From NCBI GenBank assembly GCA_963821325.1, contig CAWGDC010000004.1:15462-79461 (forward strand): a DNA stretch of 64,000 nucleotides, read 5' to 3'. The notes beneath the pieces are model-generated. The model had not been told where the DNA came from, ran no database searches, and worked only from the letters and a program-made list of their open reading frames with translations. Position 1 is the first letter of the stretch; each line of letters begins with the position of its first letter. The position numbers and the translations under genes were made by a program. Below are positions 31,917 to 42,102 of the stretch, piece after piece. Origin of the DNA: an uncultured Actinomycetes bacterium (GTDB lineage: Bacteria; Actinomycetota; Acidimicrobiia; IMCC26256; PALSA-555).

Positions 31917-32443
31917 ACCGCGCCGTGCTCAACGTGGTCCTCCGCCTGGCGTTGGCGTTCGGCGCGACGGTCGGCGTGTTCTGGCTGCTCATCACGCCGT
32001 GGCGTGACGTCGAGGCGCTGGTCCTCGCCCACGCCTTCCAGGCGATGGGCGTCCCGCGGGCCAGCCAGGTGTACGGCAACCAGATCCTGGTGCTCCCGGC
32101 CCACGCCGCGCCGTTCCTCGCGACGATCAGCCCGTCGTGCTCCGCGCTCGCCGCGATCCTCGGGTTCCTGGCGATCAGCCTGTTCATCGTCCGCGGGCCG
32201 CTGCAGCGCCGCATGCTCGCGTTCGCGGCCGCCGCTCTCGTCGTGCTGGCGTGCAACTTCTTGCGGATCGGCCTCTCGACCTACATCGGGGTGCGGACGA
32301 GCGCCCAAGGGATGACGGTGTTCCACGACTGGGTCGGGACCGCCTTCGGCCTCTTGTATGTGCTCGCCGGGTTCACCCTCTACCTCTGGGTGCTGCTGCC
32401 GAGCAACCGGACACTCGTGAAGGAGTACGCGAATGCCGCATGA
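31913..32443 (+). CDS. Exosortase/archaeosortase family protein
   Basis: Multi-TM with Cys-Arg-His triad: ISPSCSAL, NFLRI, FHDWVG. Confidence 0.88.
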   Translation: MNRAVLNVVLRLALAFGATVGVFWLLITPWRDVEALVLAHAFQAMGVPRASQVYGNQILVLPAHAAPFLATISPSCSALAAILGFLAISLFIVRGPLQRRMLAFAAAALVVLACNFLRIGLSTYIGVRTSAQGMTVFHDWVGTAFGLLYVLAGFTLYLWVLLPSNRTLVKEYANAA

Positions 32444-32993
32444 CGTCCAGCTGTACCTCATCGTGGGCGGCGCCTCGGCCATCGTGCTGGCCGGCGTGTG
32501 GCGGTTCGCGTTCCGTCACCATCAGATCTCCAGCCTGAAGCGGCGGCTGCGACAGGCCACGGAGCCCGTCGACCGTGCCCGAGCCGGCAACGAGCTCATC
32601 GAGCTCGGGTTGCGGCGCGCCGCTCACGTGGTGCTCCGGGTCATGCCCGACGAGACCGACGACCGGGTCCGCTTGTCCCTCGCGCTCGCCGTCGCCCGCC
32701 GGCAATGGGAGCCCACGGGCGCCCGGCGCGTCGTCGAGCTGCGCCGCTGGGCCGCCGAGCAGGTCGCCACCACCGGTCAGGTCACCGAGTTCGGACCGGC
32801 CGTGACCCGACTGTCCGACATGGGCGGACCCCGCCTCCCCCCCCGGGAGCCCGCCCCCAACGGGGTCGGCACCCCCAACGGGCCGCGCCAGCCGAACGGG
32901 CAGGGCCCGCCGACCGAGCCGTCCGTCCCGTCGGTCGTCGGCGCCGACCAGGGCGTCCAGTGGAGCGCACCCACCGACCACCGGTCGACATGA
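32433..32993 (+). CDS. Membrane-anchored hypothetical protein (helical-repeat-like)
   Basis: N-terminal TM, helical core, Pro-rich tail; overlaps both neighbours. Confidence 0.7.
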   Translation: MPHDVQLYLIVGGASAIVLAGVWRFAFRHHQISSLKRRLRQATEPVDRARAGNELIELGLRRAAHVVLRVMPDETDDRVRLSLALAVARRQWEPTGARRVVELRRWAAEQVATTGQVTEFGPAVTRLSDMGGPRLPPREPAPNGVGTPNGPRQPNGQGPPTEPSVPSVVGADQGVQWSAPTDHRST

Positions 32994-33926
32994 CCACCGT
33001 CGCTGTCACGGGCGCGGGCGGGCCAGCCGGCGTCGCCGTGCTGCGCGCGCTCGCCGCCGCGGACTACCGCACGGTGGCCGTCGACGCCGACCCGACCGCC
33101 GCTGGGCTGCGCCTCGCGGACAGCGGCTGGCGTCGTGCCCGTCGCCGACGGACCCGGCGTTCGCGTCGGCGATGCTCGACCTGGTCGACCGGACCCAGCC
33201 CGCGCGTGCTCGTCTCGACCGTCGCCGAGGAGGTTGGTGCCCTCCACGACCTGGGACGCGACCTCGCGGCGTACGGCGTGGCCACCTGGCTCCCGGCTCC
33301 CGACGCGGTGGCGTTGTGCCTCGACAAGTGGAAGTTCTTCAGCGTGCTGCGCGACGCCGCCGTCCCCACGCCCGACACCGGGCTCGGTGCTGCCACGGGC
33401 GTGCCCGGCCCCTGGATCGTCAAGCCGCGCTTCGGGCGCGGCTCTCGCGGCGTCACCGCCGTCGACGACCCCCAGAACCTGTCCGCGATCTGTCGACAGA
33501 CCCCCGAACCGATCGTGCAGACCCGGCTGGCCGGACGCGAGTTCACCGCGGACGTCCTCGTCGACCGCGACGGTCACGTCGCCGCCTGCGTGCCGCGCTG
33601 GCGCGACGAGACGAAGGCGGGGATCAGCACCAAGGGCGAGACGTTCGCCGACCCGGCCGTCGACGCCGTGGTCGCCCGCACGGTCTCCGTCGTGGGCCTG
33701 GACGGCGTGTGCAACCTCCAAGGCTTCGTCGACGGGCCGACGCGTGACCGTCGTCGAGATCAACCCGCGCTTCTCCGGTGGGCTGCCGCTGACCCTCGCC
33801 GCCGGTGCCGACCTCGTCGGCGAATTTGTCCGCGGCACACTGGGCACACCCCTCTCCCCCGCGGCCCTGACGTACCGGCCGGGGGTCCGCATGATCCGCT
33901 ACCTCACCGAGATCTTCGAGTCCTGA
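32990..33926 (+). CDS. ATP-grasp (carbamoyl-phosphate-synthase-like) protein (indels)
   Basis: VAVTGAGGPAG, CLDKW, IVKPRFGRGSRGV, EINPRFSGG. Confidence 0.88.
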
Positions 33927-33928
33927 CC

Positions 33929-35074
33929 GTGCGGCTCCTCGTCCCGTTCGGCACCCGCCCCGAGATCGTGAAGCTGGCGCCCGTCGTCGTCGCGCTCCGC
34001 CGCGCCGGGCACGACGTCCACGCGCTCGCGACCGGCCAGCACGACGACCCGCGTCTCGCCGACCAGTTCTTCGAGGACCTCGAGCTCACCCCGGACGAGC
34101 GCTGGACGCTCCCCGACGGCGAGGCGGCCCGCGTCGGCGCGATCCTCGAGCACGCCTACGAGACCGTCGCGGCGCGCCGACCGGACGCCGTGGTGCTGCT
34201 CGGGGACACGAGCACCGTCCCGCTGTTCGGGTTGGCCGCCCGCCGCCACCAGGTGCCGGTCGTGCACCTCGAGGCCGGGCTGCGCTCGTTCAACGAACGC
34301 TCGCTCGAGGAGGTGAACCGGCGTGCCGTCGCGGCCATGACGTCGCTGCACCTCGCCCCGACGCCGCTCGCCGCCCAGTTCCTCGCCGACGAGGGGGTCC
34401 CGTCGGCCCGGGTCCGCACCGTCGGCAACCCGATCACGGACACCCTGCGCCGCTTCGGGCCCGACCGCGTCCCACCCGGCGCCCGCCGCGGCGTCGTCGT
34501 CACCGCGCACCGCGCCACGAACGTTGACGACCCGGAGCGCCTGGCCCGACTCGTCGAGACGATCAGCGACCTCGCCCGCACCGCGGGACCCGTGCGCTTC
34601 CCGGTGCACCCCCGCACCCACCAGCGGCTCGTCGACGCCAACCTGCTCGACCGGCTCGCCGGCCTGCCCGGCGTCGAGCTGACGCCCCCGCTCCCCTACC
34701 GCGCCATGCTCGACGCCGTCGCGGGCGCGCGGGTCGTCGTCACCGACTCCGGCGGGCTCCAGGAGGAAGCCGCCTGGCTCGGCGTGCCCTGCGTCGTGCT
34801 GCGCACCTCGACGCCCCGCTGGGAGGGCGTCTACGCCGGCATCGCGACGCTCACCGGCCTCGATCCCGCTCGAGCCGTCGCGGCCGTGGCCGCCTTCCGG
34901 GCACCCGACGCGCAGGCCCGCGTCGCCACCCTGCCCTGCCCCTACGGCGACGGGCACGTCGCACCACGCGTGGCGCACCTCCTCGACGACCCCGAAGTGC
35001 AGGACCTCCTCACCCTCGACGAACCCCGGCTCGACGCCCACAGCGTCCCCGTCGACGCCTGGCGGTCCGCGTGA
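33929..35074 (+). CDS. wecB: UDP-N-acetylglucosamine 2-epimerase (non-hydrolysing)
   Basis: FGTRPEIVKLAP, TGQH, LGDT, HLEAGLRS, TDSGGLQEEA, PYGDG. Confidence 0.93.
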   Translation: MRLLVPFGTRPEIVKLAPVVVALRRAGHDVHALATGQHDDPRLADQFFEDLELTPDERWTLPDGEAARVGAILEHAYETVAARRPDAVVLLGDTSTVPLFGLAARRHQVPVVHLEAGLRSFNERSLEEVNRRAVAAMTSLHLAPTPLAAQFLADEGVPSARVRTVGNPITDTLRRFGPDRVPPGARRGVVVTAHRATNVDDPERLARLVETISDLARTAGPVRFPVHPRTHQRLVDANLLDRLAGLPGVELTPPLPYRAMLDAVAGARVVVTDSGGLQEEAAWLGVPCVVLRTSTPRWEGVYAGIATLTGLDPARAVAAVAAFRAPDAQARVATLPCPYGDGHVAPRVAHLLDDPEVQDLLTLDEPRLDAHSVPVDAWRSA

Positions 35075-35766
35075 TCCTCGACGCCGTCCTCTTCGACCTC
35101 GACGACACCCTCTACGAGCAGCGCCAGTGGCTCGACGGCGCCTGGCAGGCCGTCGCCGACCGCGCCGCGCGCTGGGGTGTCGATCCCGCCGCGCTCGACC
35201 GCACCCTCCAACACGTCGCGGCCCTCGGCAGCGACCGCGGTGGCGTCATCGACACCGCCCTCCACCTCGTCGGACGCGACGACGTCCCCGTCCCCCCGCT
35301 CCTCGAGTCCTTCCGCGGGCACACCCCGGCGCACCTCGAGCCATACCCCGGCGTCCGTCAGCTCCTCGAGCAACTCGCCGCCCAGGTGCCACTCGGCCTC
35401 GTCTCCGACGGCGAGCCCGCCGGCCAGCAGGCCAAGCTCGACGCGCTCGACTTGGCGTCCTCCTTCACCACCGTCGTGCTCAGCGACACCCTCGGCCGCG
35501 AGCACCGCAAGCCGGACCCCCTCCCCTTCCAGGTCGCGGTGCGCAACCTCGACGTGATCCCAACCCGGGCGATCTACATCGGTGACCGACCCAGCAAAGA
35601 CGTCGCGGGCGCCGTCGCCGCCGGCCTCGCCGCGGTGCGCGTCCGCACCGGCGAGTGGCGACAGGAACCCGACGATCCACGGGCCGTGGCGTCGGTCCCG
35701 ACCCTCGAGGACGCCGTGCAGTTCGTCAGCCGCTCCCTCCGGTCGCACGTCTCCGTCGCGGGCTGA
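35071..35766 (+). CDS. HAD-family hydrolase
   Basis: FDLDDTLY, KPDP, YIGD..KDV. Confidence 0.92.
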   Translation: MILDAVLFDLDDTLYEQRQWLDGAWQAVADRAARWGVDPAALDRTLQHVAALGSDRGGVIDTALHLVGRDDVPVPPLLESFRGHTPAHLEPYPGVRQLLEQLAAQVPLGLVSDGEPAGQQAKLDALDLASSFTTVVLSDTLGREHRKPDPLPFQVAVRNLDVIPTRAIYIGDRPSKDVAGAVAAGLAAVRVRTGEWRQEPDDPRAVASVPTLEDAVQFVSRSLRSHVSVAG

Positions 35767-35866
35767 CCCGTTCATCGCGTGCCGGCGGCACCGCGGGCGT
35801 CACGTCTTCGCGAACCTCGCAGCGCGCCGACCGGCGGCACCAGCCAGGTCCTCGCCTGCGTGTTGC

Positions 35867-36268
35867 TCAGCCGTCGAGCGCGCCGGCGTCCTGGAGGAAG
35901 TCGTAGAGCCCGTCCACGGTGCGGCGCTCACCAACTTCGGAGACCGGCACCCACGCGGCCTCAGCCGCGTCGTCGCCGGCGCGCAACGACACGTCGGGGT
36001 CGAGGACGGTGACCCGGAAGTCGAGGATGACGTAGTGCACGTCGTCATCGAAGCGCTCGACCCAGCCGAGCAGCTCGTCGACGACGACCCGGAGGCCGGT
36101 CTCCTCCGCCACTTCCCGGACCACGGCCGCTTCGACGGGCTCGCCAGCCTCGACGCGCCCGCCGGGCACGGACCACTCCCCCGCGGCCGGGCCGTGCCCG
36201 CGGCGGATGAGCAAGAGTCGGTCGTCGACGACCGCGACGGCGCCGACGGCCAGGACCGGTGACGTCAT
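35867..36268 (-). CDS. NUDIX hydrolase
   Basis: PGGRVEAGE....AVVREVAEETGL Nudix box. Confidence 0.92.
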   Translation of the reverse strand: MTSPVLAVGAVAVVDDRLLLIRRGHGPAAGEWSVPGGRVEAGEPVEAAVVREVAEETGLRVVVDELLGWVERFDDDVHYVILDFRVTVLDPDVSLRAGDDAAEAAWVPVSEVGERRTVDGLYDFLQDAGALDG

Positions 36269-36741
36269 GTGTCGGGGTGCAGCGACCGGTACATGACGAG
36301 CATCCGCGCGGTGAACCCCTGCTCCTCGAAGAAGTTCTTCGTGGCGCGGTGGCCGGGCAAGGCGAGGGCGTCGACGCCGATGCAGTCGTGGTCGGCGGCG
36401 AAGCGGAGCAGCTCGTCGGCGATCCCCTCCCCGACGCCGATGGCGCGAGCGGGGGGCTCGACGAACAGGTCGGTGATCCGGCCGAGCCGTTCACCGGTCG
36501 AGAGCGTCTCGAGGACCAGGACGCCGAACCCGACGATGACCTCGTCGATCAGTCCGACGCGGACGTCGACGTCCGGATCGGCCAGGAGCGTGGCGTAGGT
36601 GTCCTCGAGGGGCTCGGGTCGGGCGTCGCGGGCGGACCACACCTCCCCGCCGCGCAGCGCGGTGAGCTCGCCGTGGAGCTCGCGGGCCAGACCCGCGATG
36701 CGTGTCAGGTCCCGCGGCTCGGCGGGCCGGCAGCTGTCCAT
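36265..36741 (-). CDS. GNAT acetyltransferase
   Basis: LFVEP.AR.IGVG acetyl-CoA motif, KNFFE.GF. Confidence 0.88.
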   Translation of the reverse strand: MDSCRPAEPRDLTRIAGLARELHGELTALRGGEVWSARDARPEPLEDTYATLLADPDVDVRVGLIDEVIVGFGVLVLETLSTGERLGRITDLFVEPPARAIGVGEGIADELLRFAADHDCIGVDALALPGHRATKNFFEEQGFTARMLVMYRSLHPDT

Positions 36742-36747
36742 CGGCGC

Positions 36748-37308
36748 TCAGCCGACCGGACGCTGCAGCTGCTCGATCTTGCCCAGGACCGTGTTCCGGG
36801 CCCGGTGGCCGGCTTCGTAGGCTCGGATGGCGTCGAGGTCGGCGTCCGGGAGGCCCTCGAGGCGCTCGACGACCTGCGAGGCCGACAGCTCGTCGTAGTC
36901 CCGGATCGCCAGCTGCGGACGCTCGCGGGTCGACACGGTCGAGAAGCTCGCCGGGGGCGACGACGGCGCGCCCGGCGCGGCCGGTGGCGCCGGGGGCTCG
37001 GTGCTGCCCGAGAGGCCCGCGAGGAGCTCGAGGGCCTCCTCGGTGCGGGCCCGGACGGTGGCGAGGGCCTCGGCGAGGACGCGGCGCACATGGGGAGCGC
37101 CCTGGACGCTGGCGAACTCGCCGACCACGCGAGCGTTTCCGAGCTGGCCCTCGACCGACTTGCGTTGCTCGTCGAGGATGGCGCGGCCGCGGGACACGAA
37201 GAGTCGCAGGAACGACGGTGCGGTGTCGCGCAGGTACGCGGCGAGGCCGATCGGGCCGAACACCAGGAGTTCCATGGCGCGGTCGGTGCCGCTCGGCTCG
37301 TCAGGCAC
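36748..37308 (-). CDS. Hypothetical protein with C-terminal LAI.DYD.L ... YE..HR.R.TVL domain
   Basis: Recognisable conserved actinobacterial C-terminal motif; start approximate. Confidence 0.7.
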   Translation of the reverse strand: MPDEPSGTDRAMELLVFGPIGLAAYLRDTAPSFLRLFVSRGRAILDEQRKSVEGQLGNARVVGEFASVQGAPHVRRVLAEALATVRARTEEALELLAGLSGSTEPPAPPAAPGAPSSPPASFSTVSTRERPQLAIRDYDELSASQVVERLEGLPDADLDAIRAYEAGHRARNTVLGKIEQLQRPVG

Positions 37309-37343
37309 GCGGTGCTCCGGCTCGGGGGTCGTGGATCGCGAGT

Positions 37344-38816
37344 CTATGGGCGGGCCCGACGCAGCTCGCGTCCGGCGATGAACCCGGCGGCGAGGAGAAG
37401 GGTGAGCGCGGCGGCGGCGAGCACCCATTCGCCGAAGCGGACGTAGGGGGTCTCACCGGTCGTGGTGGTGACGGTGCCGGTGACGAGCGCCTTGGTGAAC
37501 AGCTGCGTGTGCTGGAGGACGCGGCCGCTGCTGTCGATGACGGCGGTCTCCCCGGAGATCGCGGCGTGGAGCACAGGCCGCCCGGTCTCGGCGGCGCGCA
37601 GCTGCCCGGTGGCGACGTGGGTGGCGGGGATCCCGGAGCGGCCGTAGGAGCGGTCGCTGGTGCTGACCACGATCGCTTGGGCGCCGTCGCGCGCGAAGTC
37701 GGACACCAGCGGCGCGTACGCGGACTCGTAGCAGATGACGCTGCCCAGCTGGTGGCCCGAGACGGAGAAGAGGACGCGGCGGTCGCCCGCGGTGAAGTCG
37801 TAGGGGATCTGGCGGAGGTCGCTGACGAAGGTCAGCTCGCTGCGGAACGGGACGTACTCGCCGAACGGGACGAGGTGCTGCTTGGCGTAGACGGCGAGGA
37901 GCCGGCCGTCGGGCCCGTAGGCGAGGTCGGCGTTGTAGAGCAGCCCGGTGGCGCCCCGGTAGCGGGCGTTCACCAGGACCACGGCGTCGTGGACGCGGGC
38001 GAGCGCGACGATGCGCGCCCGGAGTGGCGGGTACTCCTCGGGGTCGAAGGCGAGCGCCGATTCGGGGAACACGATGAGGTCGTAGCGGCCGTGGAGCTGC
38101 GCGGCGAGCGCGAAGTGGGCGTCGGTGAGCACCTGGTTGGAGAAGTCGGTGGTGAGCTCCCCGGCGAAGGTGTCGCCCTGCAGCAGCGCGAAGTGCAGCC
38201 GCCCGGTCGGGCGGGTCTCGTAGCGGGTGACGTCGGCGACCGCGGACACGACGATGAGGGCGGCGAGACCGCCCACGGCGAGGACGACGGGCCGAGGCCG
38301 CCGCCGCGGCGCCGCGAGCACGGCGTCGAGGAGCAAGGCGTTGGCGGCGACGATCAACAACGTCAGGAGGTACACGCCACCGAAGCCGGCGAGCGCTCGG
38401 GCGAACTCGAGGTTGTGGAGGGTGATGCCGAGCTCGCCCCACGCGAGGCCGCCGAGGGGCCAGCGGTCGCGCAGCGCCTCGAAGAACACCCAGACGGCGG
38501 CGGTGAGGAACGGGCTGCGCAGCCCGTGGCGGGCGAACACGGCGGTGAGCGCGCCGGTGGCCGCGTAGTAGCACGCGGCGGCGACGATGAGCGAGACGGT
38601 GCCCGTGTAGCCGGTGTGGGTGAGCCCGGCCATGAGGATCGCGAGGAACGTGAGGGCGAACACGAAGCCGTCGCGGGCCGCCGACCAGGGCGACGCGTCC
38701 CGCCAGGCCCACAGCAGCGGGACGAGGGCGACGAACGCGAGGGGCCCGAGATCGGCGGGTGGGAACGCGAGGGCGAGGAGGGCGCCCGAGAGCACCGCGG
38801 CGAGGACCCGCCGCAC
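37344..38816 (-). CDS. lnt: Apolipoprotein N-acyltransferase
   Basis: LAFPP, FPES, KQHLVPFGEYVP, ICYES (Glu-Lys-Cys triad), RAAETGR. Confidence 0.94.
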   Translation of the reverse strand: MRRVLAAVLSGALLALAFPPADLGPLAFVALVPLLWAWRDASPWSAARDGFVFALTFLAILMAGLTHTGYTGTVSLIVAAACYYAATGALTAVFARHGLRSPFLTAAVWVFFEALRDRWPLGGLAWGELGITLHNLEFARALAGFGGVYLLTLLIVAANALLLDAVLAAPRRRPRPVVLAVGGLAALIVVSAVADVTRYETRPTGRLHFALLQGDTFAGELTTDFSNQVLTDAHFALAAQLHGRYDLIVFPESALAFDPEEYPPLRARIVALARVHDAVVLVNARYRGATGLLYNADLAYGPDGRLLAVYAKQHLVPFGEYVPFRSELTFVSDLRQIPYDFTAGDRRVLFSVSGHQLGSVICYESAYAPLVSDFARDGAQAIVVSTSDRSYGRSGIPATHVATGQLRAAETGRPVLHAAISGETAVIDSSGRVLQHTQLFTKALVTGTVTTTTGETPYVRFGEWVLAAAALTLLLAAGFIAGRELRRARP

Positions 38817-38848
38817 GGTCCGCCCTCGGGGGGGACGCAGCGACCAGA

Positions 38849-39340
38849 TCAGGCGCAGTCCCGGCAGAGCATGCGCTTCTCGTCGGCGAGCTGGTTGCGG
38901 GGCAGCACGAGGAAGCAGGAGGAGCAGAGGAACTCGCCGGGCCGGCGGGGCACGATCTTGGTCGGGACCTCGCCGCGCTCGTCGACCTCGGCTTCTTCTT
39001 CCTCGACCTCCTCTTCCTCGTCCTCGAGCGTGGCGCTGGCCGTGCGCTCCTGCAGGAGGGCGTCGAGGGGGGCCTCGACGTCGTCGGGGTGCAGCTCCTC
39101 GTCCAGGTCGAGGACGTCCTCGTCCTCCTCGTCGGGCTCCCGGACGGCTTTGTCGGCCGGGACAGGGGTCTCGATCGGCGCCGCGGGGGTCTCGAGGTCG
39201 ACGCCGTCCTCGAGGTCGATCTCCACCGCGTCATCGAGCGCGACGTCGTCGTCCAGCGCGTCGTCTTCCTCGAGGACTTCCTCGTCGAGGGCGTCTTCGT
39301 CGAGCTCGACGTCGTCGTCTTCGAACTCGTCGTCGCTCAT
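38849..39340 (-). CDS. DUF4193 family acidic protein
   Basis: Asp/Glu-rich; C-terminal P....EFLCSSCFLV..R.QL......CRDC; SD aggag. Confidence 0.85.
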   Translation of the reverse strand: MSDDEFEDDDVELDEDALDEEVLEEDDALDDDVALDDAVEIDLEDGVDLETPAAPIETPVPADKAVREPDEEDEDVLDLDEELHPDDVEAPLDALLQERTASATLEDEEEEVEEEEAEVDERGEVPTKIVPRRPGEFLCSSCFLVLPRNQLADEKRMLCRDCA

Positions 39341-39752
39341 GATCGCTCCTGCGCCGGCCCGGCGGCCTGGCGCACGCCCGCTGGCCGGCCCATCAGGGGC
39401 CGGAGCATAGGCCTGGCCCCGTTGTCGCTCACGGAACCGGCGGGGCGGCGCGTCCATTCCCACGGACGGCGCGGGAGGTGAGCGGTGGTGGAGGGCCCAG
39501 GAAACCGTTGGGGCCACTGTTTGGCCCAGCCTGCCCAGCAGACGGGTTATTCCAGCGTTCTCTACTGGGTTTCCGGGGCCCCCCGGCCCCCGTGATGTCC
39601 CGTTCGTGGACGTCGACCTCCGGAGGGCCGACCCGCGCCCGGTGACAGGGACGCCTGCTAGTACGCCCGAACCGGGGTGCGCCTGTCAAGGCGAACACGG
39701 GCGCCCTGACCTGGGCACTTGTGCGTCACGGCAGGTCAGCGGCTCGCGGAAT

Positions 39753-41353
39753 TCAGCGGCGGGCGGCGCGGCGCTCCTCGGCGGCCCGTTCGGAGCCGAG
39801 CCGCTCGAGGTCGTAGGTCTCGTGGTCGACGTGGCGCATCGCGGCGGCGATGGCGCGGTGCCCGGCCTGCTCGCCGATGAGGCGGTGCATCTCCTGCGCG
39901 ACGCGCCGGTACGCGGGGTGGCCTTGCGGGGAGGAGCGCAGCTCGAGGACGTGCATCGCCTCCCGCGCGTTCATGTCGAGCACGAAGCGGACCCGGTAGG
40001 CGAGCGCGACCGCGTACGGCGCGTCGTCCGGGAAGCGCGGCGCGAGCGCGGCGGCGAGGTCCGCGGCGCGTCCCATCGCCTCGTCGAAGCGGTCGGTGAG
40101 ACCCGCCTCGGCGATCGCGTCCGGGGTCTCGTAGCCGTGCTGCGCGGTGAGGGGCTGCCAGTCGATGGTGAGGAGCCGGTGACGCTGCAGGTCCCGGAAT
40201 GCGCCGTAGTCGGCGAGGACGTCGAAGCGGTACTGGGTGCGCTCGAACGCCCGGCCCGGCTTGTGGCGTCGGTTGTCCCGGGTCCCCACGTATGCCGCGA
40301 GCAGCTCGTCGCGCTCGTCCGCGCCGAGGCGCCGCACGCGTGAGAGCAGCTGGTCGTCGGGCAGGCTGCTGTGCGGGTAGCAGATCGCGGCGAGGACCTT
40401 GTCCTCGCCGTCGGGGTCGAAGTCGGTGAGCACCACCGACGGGCGCGGCTCGGGGTCCTCGTCGGCGAGGATCCGCTGCACCGCAGCCGCCGTCGCGGTG
40501 CGCGTCTCGGCGAGGTACGCGCTCCACGCGCCCCCGCTCGGGGCGGTCGACGCGGGTGAGGAACGACGGGATGACCTTGCGCAGCTCCTCGAGCATCATC
40601 GCGGCGTACGCGCGCGCCTCGAAGAGCGGGTGGGCGCGCATGCGCAGGAGCAGCGCCTCGAACGACTGCCCGGTGCCGTAGATCCCGACGTTGGAGAGCG
40701 TCGCCGAGGGCAGGATGCCTCGCGCCGCGTCGAACGCCTTCGCCTTCAATGACTGCTGGTAGACGAAGTCGGAATCGCCCGGCTGCTTCGGGTAGCGGCC
40801 CCGTGCCCAGTCGAGCAGGACGGGGAGGCACGTCGCGTAGTCGTCGAACGCGGCGTCGAGGTCGGCGATGTAGCGAAGCCCGAGCGTCGACTCGAGCACC
40901 TCCGGTGGCCGGTAGTAGCGGTACCGGCCGGCGAGACGCGCCGTGTAGGGGATGTAGCGGGTCGACTGCTCGAGGTACGCCATGAGCCGGCCGCGTTCGA
41001 GCACCTTCGTCAGCAGGTTCGAGGCCTGCTCGCAGGCCAGGTGCACGCCGCCGAGCTGCGCGACGGAGTCGTCGCCGTACTCGAGGAACACCCGGTTGTA
41101 GAGCTCCTCGGCGCGGGCGAGCCCGACGCTGGCGTCGACGGTGAGGTCGCCGGTCAGGTCGAGGTCGCCGACGAACTCATCGAGGAAGAGGCGACGCAGG
41201 CTCTTGGAGCTGCGCGAGTAGCGGGCGAACAGCGCGCCCTTCACCACCTCGGGCAGGTTGACGAGCGCGAACACGGGCCGGTCGAGATTCGTGACGTAGG
41301 GCCGCAGCGCCGCTGCTTCCTCGGCCGGTGAACTGCTCCGGCACGTGCTGCAT
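39753..41353 (-). CDS. thyX: Flavin-dependent thymidylate synthase, tandem-domain type (indels)
   Basis: GALFARYSRS, YGDDSVAQL, EQSTRY, RDLQRHR, ELRS..QGH..YR. Confidence 0.88.
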
Positions 41354-41454
41354 CCTGCTCCCGGCCGTCGTCCCGTTGGGGAGGGTGATGGTACCGACGG
41401 CCTCCCGAACCCCCGCGGATGACCCGGTTCGCGGCGTTCGCGCCGATTCGGGGG

Positions 41455-42102
41455 TTAGACGAGGAGCCGGTAGGCGTCCGGTCGGACGGTCACGTCGAGG
41501 ACCGCCCGGGCCGGGAGGGGCCGGCCGTCGGCCTCGAGGGGGGCGGGACGCCGCCAGGTCACGCGGACCTGCGGGCCGGCGGCGGTCACGATCGCCGGGT
41601 GCGGGAGATGCGAGCCGGTCGCGAGCCGGTCGCGGAGGGCCCGTCGCTCCCCCGCCGGGACGGCGTAGACCTGCACCTCGAGGCGCCCGTCGCCGGGGTG
41701 CCCGCGCGGGACGAGGTCCCGGCCGTGGCGGAACTGGCCGTTGGCGACGACGACGCCCAGCGCCCGGCCGGCGAACACCGTCCGCGCGCCGATCTCGACG
41801 GTCACCGGTCGGCGGCGCCGCCAGGCGGTCTGCTGGTCGGGTGGCTGACCACTGACCACGAGGTTCACGGCCAGGCCCGCGTCGCCCAGGTCGAGCGCGT
41901 CGAGCGGCAGCTCGACGCCGCCGATCTGCGGGTCGCCGAGCCCGACGGCGCGCGCCAGGTCACAGCTCGGGTCGGGTCGGAAGGCGAGGCGGGCGCCGGG
42001 GTGGTCGCCGACCAGCGCGGCGAGGTCGGCGTCACCGCCCGTGCCGGTGACCGTCGGTGGTCCGGACGCCGGGACACCCCACGGCTCACCGGGACGGATC
42101 AC
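41455..42102 (-). CDS. Diacylglycerol/lipid kinase (YegS-like) family protein, divergent
   Basis: GGDADLA, VVANGQF, PRGHPGDG.LEV, EADG. Confidence 0.75.
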   Translation of the reverse strand: MIRPGEPWGVPASGPPTVTGTGGDADLAALVGDHPGARLAFRPDPSCDLARAVGLGDPQIGGVELPLDALDLGDAGLAVNLVVSGQPPDQQTAWRRRRPVTVEIGARTVFAGRALGVVVANGQFRHGRDLVPRGHPGDGRLEVQVYAVPAGERRALRDRLATGSHLPHPAIVTAAGPQVRVTWRRPAPLEADGRPLPARAVLDVTVRPDAYRLLV

